Shown: piece after piece, positions 50,801-62,699 of the stretch
How the letters are laid out: each line of letters opens with the position of its first letter
How positions within the stretch are numbered: the stretch's first letter is position 1
Source of the DNA: Magallana gigas
Lineage: Eukaryota
Assembly: GCF_963853765.1 (NCBI RefSeq)
Contig: NC_088860.1
Location: 20,770,001 to 20,834,000 of the forward strand
Length of the DNA: 64,000 bases
Direction of reading: 5' to 3'
Position numbers and translations under genes: made by a program
The notes under the pieces: generated by a model
The model's input: the letters and a program-made list of their open reading frames with translations, nothing else
The model's database searches: none
What the model was told of the DNA's origin: nothing

Positions 50801-53800
50801 CATTTAATTTTTCTCAAATATATGTGGGAGTGGAGAAGAACATTTTCGAAGATTTAATACATGTTAATATATGGCCATGAATTTAACAATTTTGGGAGAG
50901 GGCTTCATTGGCATTATTACCATGCATTTAGTTTTTCCCAACATGCGTGGGAGCAGAGGAGAATATTTTTAAATTTCTTACTTTTTACCTTCTTACTTTT
51001 CCCTCTGAATTTATTATTGTTTGTAGATACAAACCAAACAACTTTTACTAATTCGTCCGGAATTTTAATTGTAAACCAGAGAGAGTTTATTCTTAGCAAC
51101 ATCCAAGAAGTGAGTAGTTATCAATGTAATGTTGATATATTTTATTACAAACATAACACAGTGACTGATAAATTTGACTAATGCATAAAAATTTTGAAAC
51201 AATGAACTTATCGAACTTTGTTAATTATTTTTCGATGATGTTCACAGTGTAAGAATTATTCTCTGTGTCATTAGAATAAGAGAATTAGAACTATATATAG
51301 ATAAATTAGATTCTTGATACACCTCTATATCACTATTTTCCATTCGAAGCTCCAAGGAAGTTTGGTGGCTGCAGGGACAATTCAGTTTTTGATTGGAGCC
51401 ACAGGATTAGTCAGCCTCCTTTTGAAATTCATTGGACCAATCACAATCGTTCCAACTCTATTCCTGAGCTGCGTTTTTCTCGTAAGAGCATGCGTTAAAT
51501 TTGCTTCCGTTAACTGGGGCATTTCATTCATGTAAGTAAAAAGTAACAAATTTGAAATCCTTGTAATTCATTTCATCAGTTAACAGTAAATTGTGCTTAA
51601 TTTATCATAGAGATAACTTATATTTAAGGTATCTTTGAAGGGTAGCAGCCGTGTCCCTGATACTGTCGCTCTATCTAAGCCATCACAACACCCCATTTCC
51701 GATGTGGACGAGAAAGAAAGGTTTTCATATCATGTGGTTTCCATTACATCAAGTGTATTCGGTTAGTTTTCTTTTTCATATTGACCTATGAAAAATAGTT
51801 TAAATTACAAGATAAATTTCAAGTACGTTGTTTGTCCAAGTACATAGTTGTTTTATTTGATTTTCCGAACTAGTCAGTCAAGCTACTTCTAAGGGCTTTT
51901 TCTGCAGTTAAGACTACATGTATGGTGTTAGATGTACACAATACAGTACAAATGATATGAAATGCATCTGAAACCTAGTATTAAATGAGCAAACAACCCT
52001 AAATTTCAATTCTGTTGGTTTGCTACAAAATTTGCGAGGACAGAATTTCTCACTTTTTGCAATAAATAGTGCGGAAAACTAAACAAAATTTGTGAGGTCA
52101 GAATTTTTCACCCTCTGCAATAAATGGTGCAGAAAACTAATTAGAATTTTATGTTAAAAATTATATACCTTCCCACGCTTTATTTATATAAATGGGTTGT
52201 GTAAATTTATTTTTAAAATGTGTTGTAGACCTGTTCGGGATTTATGAAGCATATACCGTCCCATTTACTCTTGAATGAAATGATAATATTAAACTTCTTT
52301 TTGGGAGTTGATTTTAATCAACTCTCCTATGCAGTTACTCTGACAAACCGAAAGTGAAAGTGTTTGGACCAAAGCACAAATCATCGCCGCTGACATGACT
52401 TAGTTCTTGAAAATAATTGATAAATTCGATATAATGTATGCTAAAGCGTTGTTTTTCAAGGAAACTTATTAACAAATACCTTGAAAATAGTCAGATTTTA
52501 AATGGTATGAACATTTAAGATATTGTTTGTAGTCGTATGTATTCTTACGCCAGAGTTTAATATAGTCTCGTTCAACTCGACGCTCGGCTGTCTACGTAAA
52601 TCTCCGACAAGCAGAGAGGCTTTCTTGCTTGTCGGAGATTAACGACGATAGCCGAGCGTTTGGTTGAATGAGAGTAGAGTTCAATATTGCTAGGTTCCAT
52701 AAATTTTCCAGAAATATTTCTATCAATGATACATAGTTTGGTTGAATTGATTCTATCTTGAAATATTACTTGACATGATTCATATGGTTTCTTTTCAACA
52801 TTCTTGCGTCGAAAAGTCCGAATATTCAAATTATAAAAATGTGCGTAATTCAAATACAGATTAAAAACTACCTGTACTTGTTATGCAAAATAATACCGGT
52901 ATATCATTGATTTAAAATAAATAAACATCGATAAAATCAACTCCCGTCAGTGCTTCGATACTTTGATTTATTAAGGCATTATATCATATAGAGAGTTCAT
53001 TTTTTGGGGTACCGTTTTAGTCATTGCAATTGGTCGTTTCAGAATAAATTTGAATGGAATTTTACTCAATAATTTCAAGCTAGCCTTCTATCCTTGAGTA
53101 TTGGCTGAAATGAACACAGGCTATGTACATGTATAAGGTCATTCATCAGTTGGCCTTTTTATATAAACTTTTTACCTATTTTCTTCAGTAGTATGTCTTT
53201 GATCATTTGGTTCAATATGTTTATTCAAGAGTGTAATTGTTTAGCCAGTTAGATAAAATATCTTTCGAAAATTCTTGAATTACTTGTTTCAAATCACCAG
53301 AAAAATTAAATACATATCCATGTGAGTATGCTATTTTTTCAGATCCTTATTGGGATCCTAGTTGGTTGGTTTGTGTGTGGTGTAATGACAGCAGCAGGTG
53401 CGTTTAGTCCTGGTGACAAGTTGGCGAGAACAGACACTGGCTTGGACGCCATTATAAAAGCTGATTGGTTCCGAATACCGTATCCAGGTACGCTAGTTGC
53501 AATGTTTGTTGATAGTAAATTAATTCTTACACTATTATTTTAGCTGACCTGAACTAAAAGTGTTCATGTGTGTGAGTGGTTTTTTTTAAACATGAAATTA
53601 AAAGAAGAATAAAGATATGATTTTATAAATTGATGTCTTATCAGATTAGTATGAACAATTTTCAAACTTCTTTGCTGAAAGTGTCAGAAATGGACAACAA
53701 TCATGTGACATTAAGTCAAACTTTACTTAAAACTTTATGGGATTTTTTTTATCTAAGTATGAGAAAAATGTGTTTAAACATAGACATGTTTTCAAGATCA

Positions 53801-56800
53801 TGTACCGATGATCTCACCATGCACCATATCATTAACTTCTTCTATGGATATTTTTTCTATGGGATTTGTTTAGGTCAGTTTGGTCCTATTTCGTTCAGCA
53901 CGAGCGTATTTGTGGGATTTTTGATAGGAACTGTTACCTCTATACTTGATTCTATTGGGGACTACTATGCATGCGCAAAGATGTGCAATCTTCCTCCCCC
54001 ACCAGCACATAGTGTTAATCGAGGGATAGCCATTGAGGGGTTCTGTAGTCTGATCGCGGGTTTCTTTGGATGTGGACATGCTACGACAACGTACGGAGGG
54101 AATGTAGGTGCAATTGGCGTAACAAAGGTAAAAATACAGTTTTATTAGAAAGTGAAATGAAGTCTGAGATTGAATTAATTTAAAGTTCTTTTCAGCCACT
54201 CTTTTCGTACAAGTCACTTTGTGCTTAAGGCTAACAGGAGTAAATACATTGACCCGCAAAAAGACTGTTATATACAATCTTTATAAACATGCATTTATTT
54301 AATAAACTTTTTATAGAACTTTCATTGAGTGTATTAACGAAAGATTTGTTAAAATGTGTATCCAATTACAATTTTAAAAATTGGTATTATTTCGTTTTCA
54401 ACATATCATTTTAATATGATGAACGTTCTGACAAATTTAACTTTTCATGTACATGTACCAGATAATGCTTATGTGTATATTAAAAGCGTATAAAAGAATA
54501 AACAAAAATCGCTATAAGTTTTTTTTTTTTAATATTTATTAACAAACTGTTAATAAAAACGAAATTTCCTACAGAAACAATCATCAAAATCAAAACTTTT
54601 TTTATAGTAAAAAATGAAAAAAAAAATCTGTATGATCTTTCCATGCAGGTATCCAGTAGAGACGTTTTTATAACAACGGGTGTGATATATTTTATATTCG
54701 GTATCATTGGGAAGATCTCGGCAGTTTTCCTTACCATTCCTTATCCCGTACTCGGTGGGGTACTTTTCGTGATGTATGGAATGTTCATCGGTGTTGTTCT
54801 GTCAAATCTACAAGTTGTTTCCCTTAGCTCATCTAGAAACCTTGCCATCATGGGAACCGCCATCTTGTTTGGTCTCATGATTCCGTATTGGCTGGAGACC
54901 AATCCCGATGCTATTCAAACAGGTTTTATTTATTGATAGTAATTAGACAACAACAATAAAAAATAACAAGACTGAAAATGGACCTTTATAAAAATTTATC
55001 ATACTTTTATTAAACTTATGATTAGTAATTGATTTCTTAATTATACTCCCTAGCCGTAGTGCATTTTGAGAAAAGTAGTAGGTTTATTTAAAAAATCGCA
55101 TTGTTAGGTTATCGCATGTTTAAAATAAGACTATGTCTGTGCTTGGTTCTTGTCTGGTTCTGGCCCCGGGGCCATAAAAGTAAGACGATCACACTTTTGT
55201 TATGTCTCACTCTTTCACTATATATTCCTTTTCTAAAAGTGAAACTGAGATCAAAACAGAGCTCGTCTAACTTATATGGCCATGGGGCCAGGAGACCTTG
55301 GACTTTGTGTCAATCTTGAGAGTTTGGCTACAATATGTATGTTTCGAAAATACGTAATGAATTTCTGTGATGCATGTTAATAATGATCATTGAGCATTCA
55401 ATTAATTGTAGGGTCAGCAACCACTGATGGTATGATCAAATTGCTATTGATCAATCCCAACTTGTGTGGGGGAGTTTCGGCCTGCTTTCTGGACAACACA
55501 GTTAGAGGTATGGTTATTTTTGCTACTTCGTTATCTCTATAAGGGTCATTTTCAAAATTTGTCCAAATTTATGTTATTCAAGAATTCTAGTAAATATTGT
55601 GATAAAATCACAAATTTTGTTAATCTAATGAATTAAACTACAATCTGAAGACGAGATAAATGATAAAGAATGATTAAAAATTGATTTAATAACTGAAAAA
55701 AAGAAATTAAACATGTGTTGGTGAGAGAAAATTGGTTGTGATTTCGCCAATACTATACATTCAACTGCTATTATTACTGCATTTAATTTAATATAGCTGT
55801 ATAAAAATACATTTGATGTTTAGTTTGTGTTTAAAACTGTCTAAAATTGTGATAGGTTGTATTTTTAAAAAATGGTAAAATATGATATTTTAAATGATAA
55901 TGTTTGTTATTTTCGCCGTGTCCTTGGAGTAACCAAGGCATATAAGTTGAGTGTAATAGTTATCTTTCCTTGTGGAACTCTTCAACACCAGCTTTCTTCT
56001 TAAGTTCCTGTTCCCGCCAAAGCACAAACAGGCACCAAAAACATGTGTGTCTCAACGCTAACAAAATATGTGGTTTGAGGTAAGTTTGATTGCATTAGTA
56101 ATTTATTTTGAAGTCAGAGTTACCATGCTACTGTGACAATTATTTATTATATCGTTTCTTTGATGTATTAAGCAAATTTGTAGCAAAATACATATCATCT
56201 GTGAACTTTGTTCTATCTCAACAAGTCAGCCATTTTATGTATGCTTCCCACTATTTATAGAATAATTCCCTGGTGTTACTGTCCATTGTGTTACTGCAGG
56301 AAAAGTTACTCAAAGGACACATTTGATTATTCCATGGACATATATAGAAAAATGTATTAAACAGAATACAATTATGAGTCATCTGTTTTTTTATTCCGTA
56401 TATTTTTTAATTGACTGATAACTGTGAATGTAAAAAATGCAAAATTAATTGAAAAAAGCTGTTCGCGATCTGCTATTACTATGTTTTCGATGTTTTGGTA
56501 ACACCAGGGACATACATGTAATTAGTAACTCCAATGACAAATTAAAACAAACTTCAAATTTATCAATTCGAAATAAAACCCATTATGTCAAGTTTATTGC
56601 AAACTAATAATGCGGAATAATGTGCATTGTTGAGTGTTGCTTATTTTCAATTTTTATGTTTATGAATTTTACAAATTGATTAAATAAACAATATAAGTAA
56701 CACAAAGGACAAGTTTAGTAACTCTTATGACATTAACACGATGAAACATTTAGATTTTAGAGTATACTCATCTTTTTTTTATATTGCTGTAAAACATAAA

Positions 56801-59800
56801 GTCTATTTATTTGAGGTAGTTGAAATATATAGCTTATTCATTAAAATAGCTTTAATGAATGGATATTTAGTTGATACTTATCTATGGTAACACCATGGAC
56901 AAATGAAGTTACTCAAGAGACACACAAACAATTAAAAGGTAGAAAATGAAAGACAATAGCACAAATGCAGGTGTAGTGTTCAGTGTATGGTATGTTCGGT
57001 TTAAATGATAGGATGGTACAACTGAAGTCAAAACAAACTCATAACTTGCTTAAAAAATGTACATGTAAGTAGTTTGAAAATAGTAACTCAAAGGAAGCTA
57101 ACAGAATATGAATTAATACAGTATTTTATGTATTTTAGAATCAATATGGCGTTAACAAACGCAGAAAAACAGCGGCGCTATAGGGAAAGGCGAGATATGG
57201 ATCCGTCTAGAAGGGAAGAACATTTGAAAAAGCGAAATGAAAAATATAAAAATGATGTACAAGTTGGAAGACTTAAAAAGATATCAGATATGACCCCAAG
57301 GGAACAACGAAAGCAAAGAAAAGAATGGCGTAAAATTAAGCAAAACCAAAGAAGAAAGAAAAAGAAGCAAGAAGTAAAGGCACTGACCCCTCCATCATCA
57401 CCAGTGGACATTTCACAAAGAGAGCACCATAGTACTACGAGAAAGAAAAGAGCAATTGCAAAGTGCTATCGAGATAATGCAAAGCTGAGAGAGGAGTTAC
57501 AAAAGCAGAAACGTACAATTACAAAGTTAAGAATGAAAGCAACACGGCAAGAACTAAAAAGAAAGGGGGGTACTGATACACCAAGAACTAAAACCAAAAA
57601 ACTTCTCAGAAATTGGTCAACTGAAAAAGGAGGAGGAACAAGAGCTAAACGCAGAAGAATGAAAAATTCAGTTAAAAGATCCCTGATTTTTCAATTTACC
57701 CTCAATGAAGAAATGAAAGCAAAATACAGACAGCTCTGTAAAGGAAAAAAGAAGAGCATACTAGAGATAATGAGAGGGAAACTTATGAGGAAATACAAAG
57801 TACTTGGAAGAGCTTCTAAAGAATTTTGTGTCTCAGGGGGAAGGAACCGCAAAGTGAAAGGGTCACTTTCCTCAAGACTAAGGAAACAAGTACAAACATT
57901 TTATGAGAGAGATGATATTAGCAGATTAACCTCTGGAATAAGAGACACAATTACAAGACAAGGAGAAAAAAGGCAAAAGAGAATACTGAATGACACAATT
58001 GAGAAGATCCATGAGAAATTCCTCTTGGAAAATACAGAACAAAAAATAAGTTACACATCATTTTCCAGATTAAGACCATTTTGGGTGCAGCCACCTAGTG
58101 AGGCAAACAGAGACACATGTGCTTGCAAACAGCACGAAAATATGCAGTATCTTGTTGATGCTCTATTTAACATCAAGCTTTTACATTCTAAACGGCTACA
58201 TGATGTTGCAAAGAATTTCACTTGCGATATGACTGACTTGAATTGCATGTACGGTAGATGTTCAAAGTGCAACGAGGTGCGTCTTGCAATGGAGGTCTCT
58301 GGACAGAAGGTTGATCGAAATGAAGAGACAACATTTTTTCAGTGGAAGACTAAAAAAGAAAGCAGATTGATAAAAGGTGAAGCAAAGGAAATAACAGTTA
58401 CAGTTAGAGAAAAGATCACAGACAAATTGGAATCATTGATAGACAAATTCTGTCAAGAAATGCCGAGATTCAAAATCCATATTTACAACATTACCAATCA
58501 ACTAAATCATTACAGAGCCCTTAAAGAAAATCTGAAGAAGACAGAAGCTCTGATACACATAGATTTTTCAGAAAACTTTCAGTGCAAGCTGTCCAAAGAA
58601 ATACAAGGCATGCATTTTGGTGCATCTCAAAGACAGATTACGTTGCATACTGGTGTGTACTACACAGAAACAGAATTTCAAACCTTTTGTGCTGTATCAG
58701 ATTCTTTGCAACATGATCCCAGTGGAATTTGGGCATTTCTTGACCCTTTGCTGAACAAACTTTTAGACCAGCATCCAGATGTAGAAACCATACATTTCTT
58801 TAGTGATGGGCCATGTACTCAGTATAGACAAAAAGGGAATTTTTTCTTATTATCACAGGAGATGTCTGATCGAGGAATACAGGCTACTTGGAATTTCCAT
58901 GAGAGTGGACATGGAAAGGGCGTTCCAGATGGGGTGGGAGGTGCCCTTAAAAGAGCAGCTAACAACCTTGTCTTGCATGGAAAGGACATTACAAATGCTG
59001 CGTCGTTTGTTCAAAGCATCAAGGAGAAAGAATCTGCCATATATATATATATGAAGTTCCCACAAGTGATGTTACTGAGAAGTCAGAAATATTAGCTTCC
59101 CAAAATTTGAAAACAGTTCCTGGAACATTCAAGCTGCATCAGATAAAGACTTCAAGAATGGGAGAAATTTATTTTAGAAACATCAGTTGTGTTTGTGATG
59201 AGGGTTGTTTGCACACTGGCCACGATTGGAAATTTGCAAGAGTAGCTGACACTGATAAAGACTTAAAAACTCAGACAAACAAGAAAAGAAAAAAAAGAAA
59301 TGTAGATAGTAATCAGGACTGTGACAGCACAGAACAAGTATTGGTGGAAGAAATTTCTACATCACAGTCCGGCAACTCTACATCATGTTCTCCAGATGTT
59401 GGAAGCACAACACATTTAAAAAGACCAAGAAAGGCAAAAATGAATGATTTAGGAGTGAAAGATCATAAAACTCCACAGATCTGCAAAGGAATACCAGATA
59501 GGGAACAGTTTTTTACAAATGCTTTGAATGCCCTTGGAAAGTGTAAATCCTTTGAGGAAATAGTCACAAATTGTTCATCATTGTCAAGCTTAATGCCAAA
59601 AGATGATATCACAATACCAATGCATCAGTCATCAATCATGAGTACAGGTTTGCAGGTGGATGAGGATGCACTTCAGATATGTCCAACTGATATTCCCCAG
59701 GATTGTATTCTATATCCAGTAAAAGTAGGAGCGGACGGTAATTGTTTACCGTACACTGGCAGTATCATAGCATTCGGAAATGAGGATAGGGCAGCTGAAA

Positions 59801-62699
59801 TCAGGGTGAAGATTATAGTAGAAGCCGTTCTCCATATGGATCTTTATCTTTCCCATGAATATCTCGGAAGGGGCATAGAATCAACAAATAAAGATTTGGC
59901 AAAGACATGTGCTTTTTATTCTGATGAATATGCAGCGGATATTACGCTAACACAAGATCAAATAGCTGAAATTTACAAAAAGGAAATCTTAAAAATTACC
60001 CAAGACAAATCTTACATGGGAATATGGCAGATATTTGCTTTATCCAGTGTGTTGAACAGACCGATCTTCTCAGTATATCCAAACTTAGGAAATCCAAACG
60101 TTCGAAAAGACCTTCATCGTGTGATTATACCAAGACAGACAACAAGCCAATCCATGACTTATGTCATGTGGACAACAACAAGAACAGACATGGTAACAAA
60201 TCACTGGATTCCAAACCACTTTGTCGCATTACTTCCTATAGACATTGAAAATGATGCAGGAGAAACTCATAATCTGGAAACCACAGTATTGAATGCAACT
60301 AATGAGAAAATTGGAACAGCTGGACAGACCACTGATACACTGGAAGAGATAAAGTATGAAGATGCAGAAGATGTTAAGACTCTGGAGGAAACGTTGTTGA
60401 AAGCAACTACAGAACAGAAGAATACAGAACTGATCAGAGATACACCAGAAGAGAGACAGGAGATAAATACAATTAGAGAACATAAGAATACAGATGATAG
60501 TCATATCGCAGATACACCAAAAGAGATACAAAATAAAGATACTGAAAAGAATATAGAAGCGATTAAGACACTGGAAGCCATAGACTTGATTGCCTCTGAA
60601 GAGCAGAAAAAAACAGATGGAGAGAACCCAAATTCACGTGAAGCGAGACCGGCAGAAAAGGCCGATGAGATTGAGACACTTGGTAAGACAATGTTGAATG
60701 CAACTACAGAACAGAAGATTACAAAAATGCAGATACCAGATCCAGCAGAAGAGAGACAAGATAAAGATGGTGAAGGGATGGAGGCACAACAAAAGAACCC
60801 AGATGAACAGAGGATGGATACCACGGAAAAGATATCGGATATCACCACATGTACAGAAGACAAGATTCCACACAATCTTCTTAACCGTTACGTACTAGTA
60901 CAATATGATAACGAACCCTACCCTGGAGTTGTTATTGATTGCGATGATGATGAAGTATTTGTTAGATGCATGCACAGGGTTGGGCGGGACCTTAAATCAT
61001 GTTCTTTTTACTGGCCAAAAGCTGTGAAAGATGAATGTTGGTACAGTATTGAAGATGTTTTGGCAATAATTCCACAACCACATGCTGTAGGCAGAAAGTT
61101 TTATGTAGATGCTACATTGTGGAAAAATGCTATTAACAAAACAAAACAAAACAACTGAAATCAAAATTCCGAACATGAAAAAGGATTGGGAACTCTTCAT
61201 GTTTATACATAAATATGAACAAATATATGAACCAATCTAAGTATTTTCATGTATGTTTCATATTAAAAACAGGGTTTATATTTTTAGATGTTCTTTGTGT
61301 TATCTTTTGTCTTTAGTGTTACGATATCTGATTTGTTGCATAAATGCATGTTAATTAACCAATATTTTAAGGTTATGTGGTTGTATCATTTATGATATGG
61401 GCATAGCGACTTGATTTCAGTTTTATTGTTGTCATAAATTCTGTTACCTGGACAAATAGTCTGTGTTGTTACTGTTATATCCTTGGTGTTACCTTGTCAG
61501 ATTCCAATATGTATAATAAAGGCTAATTTTCTGTCATTTCTCCCCAAAACCAAATACTCTTATTTTTATCTTTAAAAACAATGCCATTGTAATGATAAGT
61601 GGAGGTAAGAGGAATAATTTTCTTATTTATTTCAGAGAATTGTATAAACTATCCTTTGTGTTACTTTTTATGTCCTTTGTGTTATGTAGATTTCCCTTGT
61701 GTTACTTACACATTTCCTCTAAATTTTTATTTCAAATCTCTCAACAATTTCACTTAACTTGCAATAATATACTGCCGTTTTCTAATGAAAATGTTTGTTG
61801 GCAAAATTGGTATTTATTGGCTGAGAAAACTAATTTTTTTTACAGGTACATATTAAAGGATTATCAAATGTTACCACACTAGGCATTTATAGCCCAATGG
61901 TTTAAAATATTTCTGAAATGGTCCAATTTTTTTGTATATTAGCAGAATAATTTTTATCAAGATGTTAAGAATTTCATGCTACAAACCTGAAATTTTTGTT
62001 AAATAAAATTTTATTGTGACTTCTAACCCGGTAACACCATGGACATTAATTGTCGACTCAATGTGCATAAAAAGTTTTTTTTAGTATTTGTTAATGTAAT
62101 TCTTTGTGTTTAAGTATTGTTAATGCAACTCTGATGTTTCCTTTATAAAATAAAACTTTCAAAAAGTTAGAACTTGGCATTTATTTTCTTAGAATGTTGC
62201 TGGTGGAAATTGGACCAATTTTGAAAATGGCTCATAAGCAAAATTAGATGTAGTTTTTTTAAAATTATAATTTTCTTCTATTATCATAATCCCGCATGTA
62301 CCTTAAACCATAGTTTCTAAATACATTGAACCTCATTTTAGTAGCATTTGGTATTATGATAAATCATTTTTAAATCAAATGAAATGAACGGTTATTTCAG
62401 TTTTTATTACTGTTCCGCAAATGAAAGTAAAATCCATGTATTGTTCGATGTTTACACCTCTTCTCTTTTATCTATATTTGGTTATTGGACATGTTACAAT
62501 GTTTTGAATATATTTGTCTGTTTTAGGTACTTTGAAAGAAAGAGGAATTGAGGCATGGCAGAAAATGATCGACGAAAAAGCATATGATATGGAAGAATTC
62601 GATGGTGACGTCACGATTTATGATATCCCTCTCCCGCGATTTTTGAAAGAGTCCAAATTGTTCCGGCGTTTACCATTCATTCCTCCATTGCGTGATTAG
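47837..62699 (+). CDS. SLC23A: SLC23/NAT transporter copy D, intact, 599 aa; last intron expanded by a transposon
   Basis: Exons 47837-48046, 48217-48374, 48469-48572, 51027-51109, 51350-51531, 51641-51761, 53343-53487, 53874-54127, 54649-54922, 55412-55507, 62527-62699 sum to 1800 nt, in frame. Confidence 0.92.
48958..49805 (+). mobile_element. Pearl/CvA-like non-autonomous element with tandem core unit and (GACT/GACG)n microsatellite
   Basis: Core unit CTAGGGCCTGAAAACCCTGACTCGGGGAAT..TTTCACAATTTAGGTAG; GGACTGACTGACTGACGGATGGACGGACGG near 49720-49758; terminal CACAAC-TT-GTTGTG stem. Contains an N gap at 49388-49543. Confidence 0.65.
50519..50960 (+). repeat. 2-3 tandem ~180-bp units of the same core repeat
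   Basis: TATTGGCC..CTAGGGCCTGAACCCCT..TTCACAATTTAGGT recurs at about 50530, 50715 and, degenerate, 50875. Confidence 0.75.
52303..52968 (+). mobile_element. HINE/Helentron-like element, third copy of the 10877 family, in intron 6 of copy D
   Basis: Same subTIRs, central palindrome (~52564-52675) and 3' stem-loop. Confidence 0.78.
55919..57097. repeat. Left subterminal array of ~15-bp GT(A/T)AC(A/T)C(C/A)A(A/T)GGACA motifs
   Basis: Copies in both orientations at about 55919, 56267, 56281, 56305, 56498, 56524, 56697, 56718, 56886, 56908 and 57082. Confidence 0.8.
57146..61158 (+). CDS. Sola2-type DDD transposase fused to a vertnin-like OTU domain and a C-terminal beta-barrel-like domain; one frameshift at 59039-59052
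   Basis: ATG at 57146 follows an acceptor TATTTTAG (57138). Motifs: CACKQH..C..CMYGRCSKC; HIDFSENF, FFSDGPCTQY, GHGKGVPDGVGG (three Asp). Deleting one AT from (AT)7 joins ORF1 to ORF2 (..SAIYIYEVPTSDV..LKTVPGTFKLHQI), giving 1,336 aa. OTU motifs: ADGNCLP, YMGIWQIFALSSVLNRPIFSVYP, VMWT, NHFVALL. Confidence 0.85.
61290..62045. repeat. Right subterminal array of the same motif
   Basis: Copies at about 61290, 61479, 61651, 61671, 61692 (reverse) and 62030 (forward GGTAACACCATGGACA, identical to 56886). Confidence 0.8.

Larger units (their letters stand above)
55543..62233 (+). mobile_element. 6,691-bp Sola2-type DNA transposon in intron 10 of copy D
   Basis: TSD ATAA at 55539-55542 and 62234-62237. 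TIRs GGGTCATTTTCAAAATTTGTCCAA / GAGCCATTTTCAAAATTGGTCCAA match at 21 of 24 positions. GRG..CYC termini with a 4-bp TSD are the described Sola2 hallmarks. Removing it leaves an intron of ~0.33 kb. Confidence 0.88.

Noticed and set aside
26533-54737. Minus-strand ORFs overlapping SLC23 exons (e.g. 26533-26802, 33428-33697, 42446-42709, 53870-54277) and off-frame plus ORFs (25403, 32287, 41337)
   Set aside because: They are antisense or alternative-frame shadows of conserved exons and recur only because the exons are duplicated.
57074-57145. Track start of ORF1 (MKIVTQRKL...)
   Set aside because: It starts at TTG, overlaps a subterminal motif and a polypyrimidine acceptor; ATG at 57146 is the more plausible start.
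59107-61158. ORF2 as an independent vertnin-like gene
   Set aside because: It starts at TTG, its frame is open upstream to the (AT)7 run, and its first residues continue the transposase C-terminal region.
55543-62233. CACTA/EnSpm or hAT identity suggested by the subterminal repeats
   Set aside because: Ends are GGG/CTC rather than CACT, the TSD is 4 bp rather than 2-3 or 8 bp, and the DFSEN/SDG/HGKGxxDG motifs fit Sola2 better.
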